64,000 nucleotides of DNA, from assembly GCF_026210795.1 (NCBI RefSeq), contig NC_089435.1:4836001-4900000 (forward strand), given 5' to 3'. Shown in pieces: positions 39,033-50,735 of this stretch. Position 1 is the first letter of the stretch. The number at the start of each line of letters is the position of its first letter. The translations under genes were made by a program, and so were the position numbers. Source of the stretch: Rhizophagus irregularis. Lineage: Eukaryota. Under the pieces are notes generated by a model. The model searched no databases, was not told where the DNA came from, and was given only the letters and a program-made list of their open reading frames with translations.

Positions 39033-42000
39033 ATGAGCAGAAAAAGGTCAGTCTCTAGTATACTTGACGATCTTGATGATGAAGAATCACCTTCAAATCA
39101 GCCATCTTCTACTCGTAGAAATAGATCAATTTCTGGTATAATAAACGAAGAAATAGTATCTTCTGCTGGACCAACAAGTAATAAAAGAAAACTAGTAGTT
39201 TGTAATTGTCCTGATTGTGATGGCAACTTGGTGGATTCTCGCACAAAAGAAATTCACGATTCTAGACATTAAGAATACCAAGATTCGCAAGGTACAATTT
39301 TGTCTCAAGTTCGTCAACTTGAAATAGGTGAAACATCAATACCCGCTTCAGCTGGACGAATGATTGATGAATCTATTAGACAAGAATCGGAAAAATCAGA
39401 TAACAGTAATCAAGATGATGTTGATGATGAACATCAAGATGTCGAATTTAACTTCTTACCTCGACAACGTGCAAGAAAGTATACAAATCATCCAGAAATT
39501 TCAGAAGATCCAGAAGATTCATCATCATCCGAATATACTACAGAGGAAGATATCTACAGTGATACATTGTCTATAGGCAGTGAATCAGATAATGATCCAA
39601 TTTCTGGAATTTCTGAAATTTTTGAAGACTATTCACCACCTAGTTATGAACCATTTCAAAACCCACCATATTTAGAATCGAATTATGATCGATTTTTATG
39701 GATTTTACTTTGGATAATGAACTTTCGAACAAGATTTAATATCGCAAAGACAGCTACTGAGACTCTAATAAAATTTATGAAATTGGCCCTGTGCGAGTTC
39801 AGTAGTGACGATTTTAATGATTTCCCAGATTCGCTTTACTTAACAAGAAAGAAGCTTGGATTAAATGACCAATTTCATAGTTTTGTACCTTGTCCGAAAT
39901 GTCACAAATTATATAAAAAAGAGGAAGTGGTAGATTTCAAACAAGAGGACAATCCTGCTATAATGAAATGTCAACACATAGAATTTCCCAATTCTTCAGT
40001 TCACAAATTACGTCTTTGCAATACGGCATTATCTGAAAAAATTAGCACATCGACAAATTGAACAATAATACGACCTAATTTAATGTATCCGTTTGCTGGA
40101 ATCAATCAAGAACTTGCCACTATGTTTTGTCGGTCTGGGTTTGAAAATTCTCTCTGACATTGGGCTAATCGGTCGAATTTTGATAATATTTTGACCGATA
40201 TATATGATGGGCAAGTGTGGAAGAATTTTAAAGAATCGGACAATGAAGATTCGCCAAATTTTTTCAGAAGTGAAGTGGCCGATTCTCATCTTGGCTTTAT
40301 GCTGAATCTTGATTGGTTTCAGCCATATGATAGTACCATTTATAGTATCAGTGTCATATACGCCGCTATATGCAATTTGCCACGCGATATTCGATTTAGA
40401 CGTGAAAATTTATTGACTCTCGGCATTTTACCTGGGCCAAAGGAGGTCAGCCTACATAAAGTGAACCACTATTTAGCACCAATAGTTAACAAATTGGAAA
40501 CACTCTAGGTTGGGTTAACACTAAATCGTACTTATGAATGCGAAAATGGAAAGAGAGTTCGTGGCGCTTTAATCTTAGTATCATGTGACATTCCCGCTGC
40601 AAGAAAAATTTGCGGTCATGTTTCTGCCTTAGTTTCATGTCACAGGTGTGAGAAAAAAGCAAATTATGAAAATGGGCAGCATAATTTTGCTGGAATGGAT
40701 GATGTAAGGTAAGGTTGCTTGCCGAAATCAAGTAGTTTAGGCCAAGGCCGAAACTTTTTTAAAACCGAAAATTTAGGCAATTAAAAGTAAATTTGCCGAA
40801 ATTATACAATGCCGAAACTTTTACTGAAAGGCCGAAATTTGGCCGAAATTATTGGCCAACATTAATACTATAATTCTGGCCGGAATAATGATCGACATGT
40901 AAATTTCCTTTTATGGAAATTTGTGTAACATTTGTGCGACACATTTCTCCGATTTTACTGGGAAACAAAATTTCCTTTTTTGGATATTTGTGTAACGTCA
41001 CGTGACACAATATCATAATTTCGGCCGAATTTTAATTTTGGCCAAAATTAAGACCGAGTTTCGGCCTAATTTCGGCATTTTCGGCATTTGATTTGATTGG
41101 CCGAAACCTTTCGGAATTTCCTTTTTAGTTTCGGCAGGCAACCTTAATGTAGGGTATTCTGCTTGAGATTCGAATGAGCACCGGCAAAACGCATTAGGTT
41201 GGCGAAGATGCAACTCAGACACTGCTAGAAAGCGCTTCGTCAAAGAAACTGGCGTTAGATAGTCCGAATTGTTGCATCTATCATATTTCGACTCTATTAG
41301 ATTTATTACAGTCGATCCAATGCATTGCTTATTTCTGGGCATTGCGAAGTGGATAGTAAAACGAATTTGGATCGATAGGGGTATTTTGACACCAAATTCT
41401 TTGAACAAAATTCAGAAAAAGATGGACGAGTTTCAGATACCATCCGATTTAGGTCGAATTCCAGGAAAAATTCATAGTGGAGAGGGATTCACCAATTTTA
41501 CGGCCAATCAGTGGCAAATATTCTTTACAATTTATTCAACTGTATCACTTTGGGAACACCTTTCAGACGTAGATAGAAGAATCCTGAATCATTTTGTCAG
41601 AGTTTGTTCGATTTTGGTAAATCGGATTCTAGAATCTAATTTGGTGGATGAAGCCCATAGAAGTCTTATCGAAATAGTCAAGCTCATTGAGAATCACCAC
41701 GGCAGAAATAAGATCACACTGAATCTTCATCTTTCTCTGCATTTGCGTGATTGCTCATCTGATTATGGACCATTATATGCGTTCTGGTGTTTCTCTTTCG
41801 AACATATGAACGGTATTTTAGGTAAATATCCGTTAATGATTTTTTAACGATTTTAACGATTTCAATATTAGCTTATAATTTATTGATTTCGCACTTTTAG
41901 GTTCGTTACCAAACAGCAACAGGAAAATTGAGTCTGAACTTATGCGTCGATTAATGTTTGATAAACAAATCGAAAATATCATAAGTTCAGGTATCGAAGT

Positions 42001-42732
42001 AAAAGGTCTTGAATTGCTAAACAGTCAGCGTACTATCGGGTCCCTTTCAGTTACTGATGAATTTTCGTCAGATGAGATGCATCGATTTTGGCTGAATTCA
42101 CAAAATATTAAAGATTCACAGATGTCTGGCAAAGAAGGCTTCCCAGGTGAATTTCTTAAGCCGGTATCTCATAATATACTACTTTCAAGTGAAATGTTAA
42201 ATTTAATGGTCGAATATTACAATGCGATTTACGAATCATTTGGATTTCGGAGGCCTCTTGTAGAAGGTTTAGATAACGATATAATAATTAGGGTCAAAAT
42301 TAACCAATTCGGAAGGTGTCGGATTGGTTCAGAAGTCTTTGGATCGTCATTATCGTTAAGACATGTAAAAAGTTCGTACGTCTTAGCGAAATTTATTACG
42401 GATGATGAAGATGTTGACACCTACCCAGGTCAAATTCAGTATTATTTTACTCACGTAGTAGACTTTCCGGATGGTCCTGTCAAACATTTTCTAGCATACA
42501 TTCGTTAGTATAAACACGCAAATTCAACCAATATTCGATACTATTTCAGCAGTAATGAAATTTGTAATGTTGAGTTGTGGAATACCGAATTTTATCCAAT
42601 AAGTCGTGATTGTATAATACCTGTGCATCATATTTTAGGTAGATTTGTACCAGTAAGTTACCAAATCTCAAACCGGCAAAATGCAAGAGAGTATTTAGCC
42701 GTAAATCCAATTAGTAGAAAATACCAATTATA
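39033..42732 (+). pseudogene. CACTA transposase (Tnp2/Transposase_21-like) with in-frame stops, an intron (~41822-41900) and a MITE insertion
   Basis: Motifs CPKCHKLY, DIYDGQVWK, LNLDWFQPY, LPGPKE, CDIPAARKICG, DPMHCLFLG, LHLSLHL and YGPLYAFWCFSFE are typical of fungal CACTA transposases. Confidence 0.9.
40710..41146. mobile_element. hAT MITE inside the CACTA transposase, 8-bp TSD (1 mismatch)
   Basis: atgtaagg|TAAGGTTGCTTGCCGAAA...TTTCGGCAGGCAACCTTA|atgtaggg, with GCCGAAA subterminal repeats. Confidence 0.88.
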
Positions 42733-42864
42733 AACTTATAAGTTTTAGACATAAATTTATAATAAATTGAGTAATTGACTATAAATTTTGTGTTGATTTT
42801 TCCGAATTTCTGAATTTTAATGACAAATCATGTTTTTCAAAAGTTAATTTTGATGACTTTTTTT

Positions 42865-43610
42865 GTATCAATCAGCCGTCAATCAAATATAATGATTTTT
42901 TGCCGAATTTTTATTGAATTTTTATTGAATTTTTATTGAATTATCAATTTTCCATAAATCGGAAGTACATATTTGAATATTGGGTAAATTTTAGGTTGAT
43001 TTGTCATTTTGTCTGATTTTTTTTTGATTTCAACCAGCATCAATCACCGTCAATCAAATATAATGATTTTTTGCCAAATTTTTATCAAATTTTTATTGAA
43101 TTTTTATTGAATTGTCAATTTTCCATAAATCGGAAGTACATATTTAAATATTGGGTAAATTTTAGGTTGATTTGTCATTTTGTCTGATTTTTTTTTTGAT
43201 TTCAACCAACATCAATCAGCCGTCAATCAAATATAATGATTTTTTGCCAAATTTTTATCAAATTTTTATTGAATTTTTATTGAATTGTCAATTTTCCATA
43301 AATTGGAAGTACATATTTGAATATTGGGTAAATTTTAGGTTGATTTGTCATTTTGTCTGATTTTTTTTTTTATTTCAACCAGCATCAATCAGCCGTCAAT
43401 CAAATATAATGATTTTTTTCTGGATTTTTATCAAATTTTTATTGAATTTTTATTGAATTGTCAATTTTCCATAAATTGGAAGTTCATATTTGAATATTGG
43501 GCAAATTTTAGGTTGATTTGCCATTTGTCTGATTTTTTTTTTGATTTCAACTAGCATTTATCAGCCGTCAATCAAATATGATGATTTTTTTCTGGATTTT
43601 CATTAAATTG
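42865..43610. repeat. About 172-bp tandem repeat (4+ copies), right subterminal region of the CACTA element
   Basis: ATCAATCAGCCGTCAATCAAATATAATGATTTTT recurs near 42867, 43038, 43211, 43384 and 43559. Confidence 0.9.
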
Positions 43611-44588
43611 TCCGATTGGCATCAATCAGATGTGCTGATTTGTAATGTCAGTCGATTTTGGTCTGATTTTTAGCTGATTTTCCATATGTCTGATTTTTTT
43701 GATTTCGACTAGTAATAAGCATTTCACCTCCACCCCATAAATACATCCTTCCGTCGTTATTAATAATGCCTGTTAAACTCCATTTTCTAATTGCATTAAC
43801 TCCAGCTATTTTTGGAATACTTCACACAACACTTTGTGAATCAAATGCATATACCAATGCCATTGTTTGATCAGTTGTGAGTCCTCTGTATAAAAATAGT
43901 GTATCATTATTTGGACCACCTTTAACTGATATTGCAGAAGAATGAGGTGGAACCATATTAATATTTGATAAATCTTGCCATGATAATTCTTGAGTATTAA
44001 ATGGTACAGAAACATCAAGGTAAAAAAATTCATTTATTTGTTTTTTGTTTAAATCATATCCATCCAAAATATATAATTTATTATCAATGAGTGTAGCAGT
44101 ATGACGACTATATACATTTGGTTTAAAGGGCGTCATTTGACAATTTACTTTAACCAATGCTTGAAGTAATATCCATAATATGAAATAAACCAAAGGATTT
44201 CTTGACATAATCGTAATTTATTTAATAGTAGAAATGAATAATATTAATATTTAAGAAAAAATATTTATTCACTTTTTAAAAAAAGAATTTTACGGTATTT
44301 AAATTTTTAGCATTACACTTAGCAAAAACATGGTTGCATAGAACGGATTATAATATTCAAGTATTTATTTTTCACAACAATATAATTAATGCACACCCAC
44401 ATACCCTATGCAAATTTATTAGCACAATTTCCATATGTGTTGCATAAAATCATAAGATAATGATTCAATAATGCTAAAACGTTACCCAAATAATTAAATT
44501 AATTTTTTGGCTTGAAAATACGCTGTGCAAAAAAGATGATCCAATAAGAAATAAATTGTTACGATGTTTGTGATCAACAATTAATTAA

Positions 44589-44839
44589 CCCTCATATCAA
44601 ATAATTCGATAGATTTTTTTGTGCCAAAATGATGATCATATCCTGGAATGCATTAGATCATTGACAATCATATCTTAAAATGAAGAATGATGAAAAATTG
44701 TGAAAAATTGTGCGTTTTTATGGATTAGTTAATGCATTTTTATGGATTAGATTTTGCATTTAATTTAACCATAAGTCCAAATTTGGATGAAAAAGTCAGA
44801 TAATTTTATATATATGTTAGTATAGCGAAGCTAACGTTT
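44589..44839 (+). mobile_element. Terminus of a TTAA-CCCT (piggyBac-like) element, copy 1; LINE target
   Basis: ttaa|CCCTCATATCAAATAATTCGAT..., homologous to 62689-62457 in reverse orientation. Ends at TAGCGAAGCTAACGTTT. Confidence 0.7.
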
Positions 44840-45291
44840 ATTTAAAAATAATTTTATTATAAATAATATTTTTTTAATGAAGGAAAATAATGTTTCAATA
44901 GAATTAGATAAATTGGATATTTCCAATTTGAATAAAATAATAGGTGGGCATGAATTAATTATAAATATAATTACACCAAAAGTTTATATAAAATATTTGA
45001 AACAATTAAGAAAATATAAATTAATGTTTCTAGATCAACTAACTACATTAAAAGGAGATTATTTTTTTAACTTTTTGGCAATTTAAACAACGACGTTTTG
45101 TTGGAAATTTAAGATCAAGTAATATTACCCCAAAAATTTTTTCAATATTAAATGATATTACAATAGAAGATAAATATACGAATTTATTGAAACCACGTTA
45201 TCGGTATAGTAATGTAATTAATAATTTAAAAGGTTACGAATTAATTTCACCAAATGAATGTAAGAAAAAACAATTTATAATGTTTTGGAAT
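44840..45291 (+). mobile_element. 5'-truncated, 3'-deleted fragment of the same LINE as 58266-62456
   Basis: Near-identical (about 3 differences seen) to the reverse complement of about 60411-60861. Confidence 0.92.
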
Positions 45292-46220
45292 ATGTAATAG
45301 CAAAAGGTAAGTGAATTTAATGGATTTAATAATTTTATAATAATATTACTAATATAATACTTTATTTATTTAGATTAATCAATGATTTGGAATTCTTTAA
45401 AATAAGAAACAAGGCTATAGCTCCATTTGTTTATTCACGAATAGTATCTCTTCAAGCTTTTTTATCATTAGGAACCAGGAATCCTCCAATTTCAAATGAA
45501 ATATTCCAATTATTAAACGAAGAAAATTAAGATATTGCATCTTTTGTTTCATTATTTTCTAGAGCTTTTATATTGGCAAATGAAAAATGTGAGAAACATA
45601 TATCTCATCATCCAGCTTTATTATTTTTCAAAGCAATACAATGTTTTGATCCAAGATTTATTCAATCTAATTCATCTAATCATAATATGGAAAATTATAG
45701 AATTATCAAAGAATTTTATCTTCCTACTGATACTTTAATACAAGAATGGGTTATTTACTGTGGACTTAATGAATCTATTGAAGAGTTTGATGATTTGGAT
45801 TTGTATTGGCGAGGTAAAAAGACATATATTACCAGAACTTAGTTCACTGGCTTTAATATATATATGGTTGTGGTGTAAATATTGAACGTAGTTTTTCTAG
45901 TTATAAAAGCATTTTATCAGATAGAAGAGTAGCGCTTAAAGAAGAAAATATTCAAATGCTTAATTTTCTTTATTTTAATCTTAGTAATAATGATGATTAT
46001 AATAATGAATTGATGATTTATGAATAATATAAATGTATAAATTTATTACTTAATTGTAAATAAATAAATAAAATTTGTATAGAATATAAATTATTAAAAA
46101 GTTTTCATAATCGGAATTATGGTAATTCTGGCTGAAATTATGGATCACGATTTTCACGATTTTTGTGATTTTTCACGCCTGATTTTTGGGCCATCACGAC
46201 GTCAAATCCTGGACACCCTA
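45292..46220 (+). mobile_element. 3' part of a hAT transposon (C-terminal dimerisation domain pseudogene plus terminus)
   Basis: DLDLYWRG..PELSSLALIYIWL..NIERSFSSYKSILSDRRVALKEENIQML. Ends GGACACCCTA after TCACGA subterminal repeats. Confidence 0.8.
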
Positions 46221-47889
46221 CTATCGATCTGCATCAAAGTCACGTGATAGTAACAGTAATTCGTATTACATTTATCACGAAAATAAAGTGTATACGTGGA
46301 TTTAAAGTTTATATGTTTAATTTTAAAGTAATTTATTCAAAATAAATATTAACTCAAAATAACGAAACAATACAAGTAAATAAATACTAATTCATTAATC
46401 ATAATAAAAAAATAAAATATTGGAGCAGTAATCCCTAGGGAATAGATAGGGGCCAACTTAGGTTACACAAACTAACGGATTATAAATTTGAACTGAAGTC
46501 TTAATAAAATCAGTTACACAAAAAAAACTATATTAAATCGTGCAAAATTTTTAGTTTTTTTTTATTTTTTTGATATGCGCATATAAAAGAGTAGCTGATT
46601 TTAAAAGTTAAGGTCAACAACTTGAGCTCTAATGGATGGTGCAATTTTTATTAAAATTGGTCTACTGTAGCTTTTTAAAGTTCGCTTTCTTTTTTAAAAT
46701 AATATATAGGTAACATTTATTTCAATCATTACGTTTGAAAGTGAACAGTAAACTTTATTATTTTTATCAAAATAATTTCTCTACATGTTTTTGTCTATTT
46801 TCCAACAAAATTATAGTTTATGATGTAAACATTTGTCTTTTTAACATAGCCTCTTCACAAAATTGAGTTTCTTTTTTGAGATGATCAAAAATTAAAGGTA
46901 TCAAATTTTTTTTTTGTTTAATTTTAGCATTAATATTATTTCCAAATACCCAAAGTAACCACTGTAATTCTGATACTTGAATTATCTTTGAAAATGCTTT
47001 TTCAGCACCATCCAGCTGTGCTCAAATTCGAAGCTGTACTAAACCAAGTAAAAGATCTTGTGGAATATTGGCTTTCTTTATCGAAGAAAATTTATTTTCA
47101 CTTTTTGGGAGGGTTTGTGTATCATTGTAAAATGCCTTCAAATTCTCACAAAGACTTGAAGTTCCTTTTTCAGGAATAAGATCATTAAACTTTCGCCATG
47201 ATTTTTGTCTGCTTTTCATGTAGATGGAAATAATACGTTCATAAAGAAAAACTCTTACATCATCTTTTAGTTCTTGACTTTCATCTTTTGATTCTTGATT
47301 TTCATCTTTTGTTTTATGAGTCAAAAGTTGCTGACTAGCAAAATCTAAAAGTGAGTTGAAAGATTGAAACAATGGTAAGTTGCAAAACAAACTATTATGT
47401 ATATATTGGAGGATATTTGGCCCAAATTCTTCATATTTAAAAGAATTAATGATTCCATTTTATACATAAACTCTCATCACGAAGTTAAACTAAGCATTTA
47501 CCAACCGTTTATTAAATGCTTTAAGAATATTTAATTTAAGCGCTTATTAAACAAGTTTCAACGCAGCTTGTATTCGATAAGCATTATTTTTTTATTGCTA
47601 ATTGAATAATAATATTATGTATTAAATTTGCATTAGAAATTAGTATAATTAAAATACTTAAATTAATTATATAATAAATAATAGTATATTATGCTATTTT
47701 AATATTGATATTTATTATTATTTTACTATTCAATTTTATTATTATATTTATACATATTGTTCTGTTATATTACATATGATATATTTTTATATTACAACTA
47801 ATTAAATTTTTCAACACTTCCAAAGACCCTCCCTGCCATTTAAAATTAAAAGATTTCCAATTATTTAACGAATTTTCATGCATCCAGAG

Positions 47890-49675
47890 ACCAGGTTGTC
47901 TAATAAAAAAGAGAATGAAATTAAATAAATAAAACTAGTCAAAAAAAATACTTCAGATTCCTCTTACCAAAATTCTACGCTTCCAAAGATCTGGTCATCT
48001 GGTCATCTGGTCATCTAGAAAAAAAAAAGATAAAAATCAAATGTTAGTAAGATGTTTCGTTAAAAGAAATAAATCAAAGAAACTCCAATACTTACCGAAA
48101 TTGAATTACCTAAATCCAACATGTTCAGACCCGGAGAACCAGAATCCAAGATCCGCCTAAAAAAAATAATAATGAAATGTTAATAAACGTTTCATAAAAA
48201 TAAAAAATAAAAAAACCCATTGAAAACAATGTAGCTATCTATTTTTTTGATGTATTACTATTAGGACCTGTTTTTCATTTTCAAGTGTATTATTATGTTT
48301 ATTATCCATATCTTTATTAAAATTACCAATAGAGAACCAGAGAACCGGTCACCTAAAAAAAAGAAAAAAGAGAAACCAAAACGTTAGCAAACGTTTTGTT
48401 AAAAAAAATTTTTTAAAGAAAAACAATTACCAAAATCTCGCGTGTCCAGGCCCATCTAAAAAAAGAAAGAACGAAATATTAGAATACATTTCATTCGTTT
48501 CGTTAAAACAAATAATAGCGAAAAAATAGCTCACCTAATCCAACGTGTTTTCTATTATCCCATCTTGATTTTCATTGTTTTTAGTCGTGGATTGTAACGA
48601 AATGATTTCATTCAAATAATGCATGCCATCCAGGTCCGAAGAGCATGCCATCTAAAAAAAGGAAGATAACGAAATGTTAGACAGTTTGTTAAATAAATAA
48701 AATTAAAAATTTTTTTTTGATTTCTTACCGGAATTCAAGATCCGTCTAAAAAAAGAAAATAATGAAACGTTAGTAAACGTTTCGCTAAAATAAATAAAAG
48801 AAAAAAATAAGATAAATTGAAAAAAACTTACGAATCTGCGTCAAAAAAGGTTTGAAAAAGCTGACTAAAAAAAAGAAATAAGACAAAACGTTAATAAACA
48901 TTTCATTAAAATAAATAATAAAATAAAAGAAATAAATTACTTACCGAAATGTCATGTCCAAAGAGCCGAAGACCTGCCTAAAAAAATAAAAAACGAAATT
49001 GTTAGGTTAACATTTCGTTATAATAAAGATGTTTAAAAAACAAAAACAAAACAAAATATATACAATAATCTGCGCGTACAAAGACTTGAAGAAAAAGAAG
49101 CTGTCTAAAAAGAGAAAGATAAATGAAACGTTAGTAAACATTTCATTAAAGAATTATAAAAAATAGCCCCTCTCTTACCAAATTCAAGTACTCAAATCCA
49201 AGCCATCTAAACTTCAGAAACTAGAAAGATCTGCCTAAAAAAGAAAAAGAAACGAACTATTAGTATAGTTCGTTAAAAATAAAAAATTTAGTAAAAAAAA
49301 ATTAAGACTTACCGAATTCCTAAGCCATCATCAATTATTTTAATAAAAGGAATGTGACAAAAATTTGAAGAGCTCTAAAAAAGAAAAAAAAGTGAACTGT
49401 TAATACAGTTCGTCAGAGTAGTTAAATTAAAGAAAATAAAAAAATATACCGAAAACTTACATGTCAAAAGAAACCAAAAGACCGTCTAAAAAAAAAAATG
49501 AAACTGAATTTCCACGCATCTAAATATACAAAAAAAGAACAAACTGTCTAAAAAAAATCAAAAAAATGAGCCATTAGAAACTAGCTCGTTAAAATAAATA
49601 TAATTGAAGAAAAAAAATAGTTTACCGGAAATGTTGTGTCCAATGAGACTGAAATAACCGTCTAAAAAAGAATTT
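47890..49675 (-). repeat. Array of about 14 related intron/micro-exon units
   Basis: The minus strand repeats GTAAG/GTATA/GTGAG donor, TACTAAC-like branch point and poly-T-AG acceptor, separated by 17-117-nt exon-like segments. Confidence 0.78.
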
Positions 49676-50059
49676 TAGATTTTTTTTGTAGGTGATTTTA
49701 ACTTTTTTTTTAAACAGAAGAGGGAAAGGATGAAAAAGAGGAAAGAACGAATTTGAAGAAGAAAAAGATTGAAGGAAATGGAAATGGAGAGAATAAAAAA
49801 AAGAACAAAAAAAAAAGAACGAAGGGAAGGAAAATGGGAAAAGGAAATGTAATGTAAATCCCGATAGATAAGCTTATAAAAATTATCAATTTGATAATCT
49901 ATATCACGTGGTACCTGTAACACTAATTTAACAAAGTAATTAGAACTCCAACTTGACCTGAAACTTTTTTTCGGTCGAATCAGGTCAGGTGACCTGTATC
50001 GAACTGCACTAACCTGATCTACCTGTTTGACCAAACCTGATTTTTTCAGGATGGGTAAT

Positions 50060-50735
50060 TTTTCATAAATAAAAGTGAAAAACGCCGATTGGCTTTTTTT
50101 CATAAAAAATAATGAAAAAATGCCACAAACTGGCATTTTTCATAAATAAAAAGTGAAAAAAATGCCATAAACTGGCATTTTTAATAAATAAAGTTAAAAA
50201 ATGCTGGAATGGCGTTTTTTTTTTCAAAAAAATAATGAAAATGCCATAAGCCGGCATTTTTCATAAATAGAAGTGAAAAAACGCCAGAATGGCGTTTTTT
50301 TTCATAAATAATTATGAAAAAATGCCACAGCCTGGCATTTTTCATTAAAAAATGTGAAAAAACGCCGAAATGGCATTTTTTTTATAAATGAATATAAAAA
50401 AAAATGCCATAAGTCAGCATTTTTCATAAAAAGAAGTGAAAACCGCCAAAATGGCGTTTTTTCATAAATAAATATGTAAAAAATGCCATAAACCGGCATT
50501 TTTCATAAATAAAAGTGAAAAAACGCCGGATTAGCATTTTTTTTATAAATGAATATAAAAAAAATGCCATAAGTCGGCATTTTTCATAAATAAAGTGAAA
50601 AAATGCCAGAATGGTGTTTTTTCATAAATGAATATGAAAAAAATGCCATAAACCGGCATTTTTCATAAATAAAGTGAAAAAATGCCGGAATGGCGTTTTT
50701 TTTCATAAATAAATATGAAAAAATGCCATAAACCA
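50060..50735. repeat. About 40-bp satellite of short palindromic units, inside an ACCTGA-rich hAT-like MITE (about 49941-50830)
   Basis: Alternating GGCATTTTTCATAAATAAAAGTGAAAAAACGCC and GGCGTTTTTTCATAAATAAATATGAAAAAATGCC units. The flanks carry GACCTG repeats ending GAGCACTA. Confidence 0.85.

Larger units (their letters stand above)
34167..43714 (+). mobile_element. CACTA/EnSpm (CMC) DNA transposon, 3-bp TSD ATA
   Basis: ata|CACTGGTCGAAAT...ATTTCGACTAGTA|ata. Subterminal repeats at both ends and a Tnp2-type transposase inside. Confidence 0.92.
32441..44208 (-). pseudogene. Kelch single-pass receptor paralog disrupted by a CACTA insertion and a premature stop
   Basis: Same exon structure as 9586-12181. 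Exon 1 is split at 43715/34166 and rejoins as GGGEMLILDTINLNW. A TGA at 43822 replaces the conserved Trp. Confidence 0.9.
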
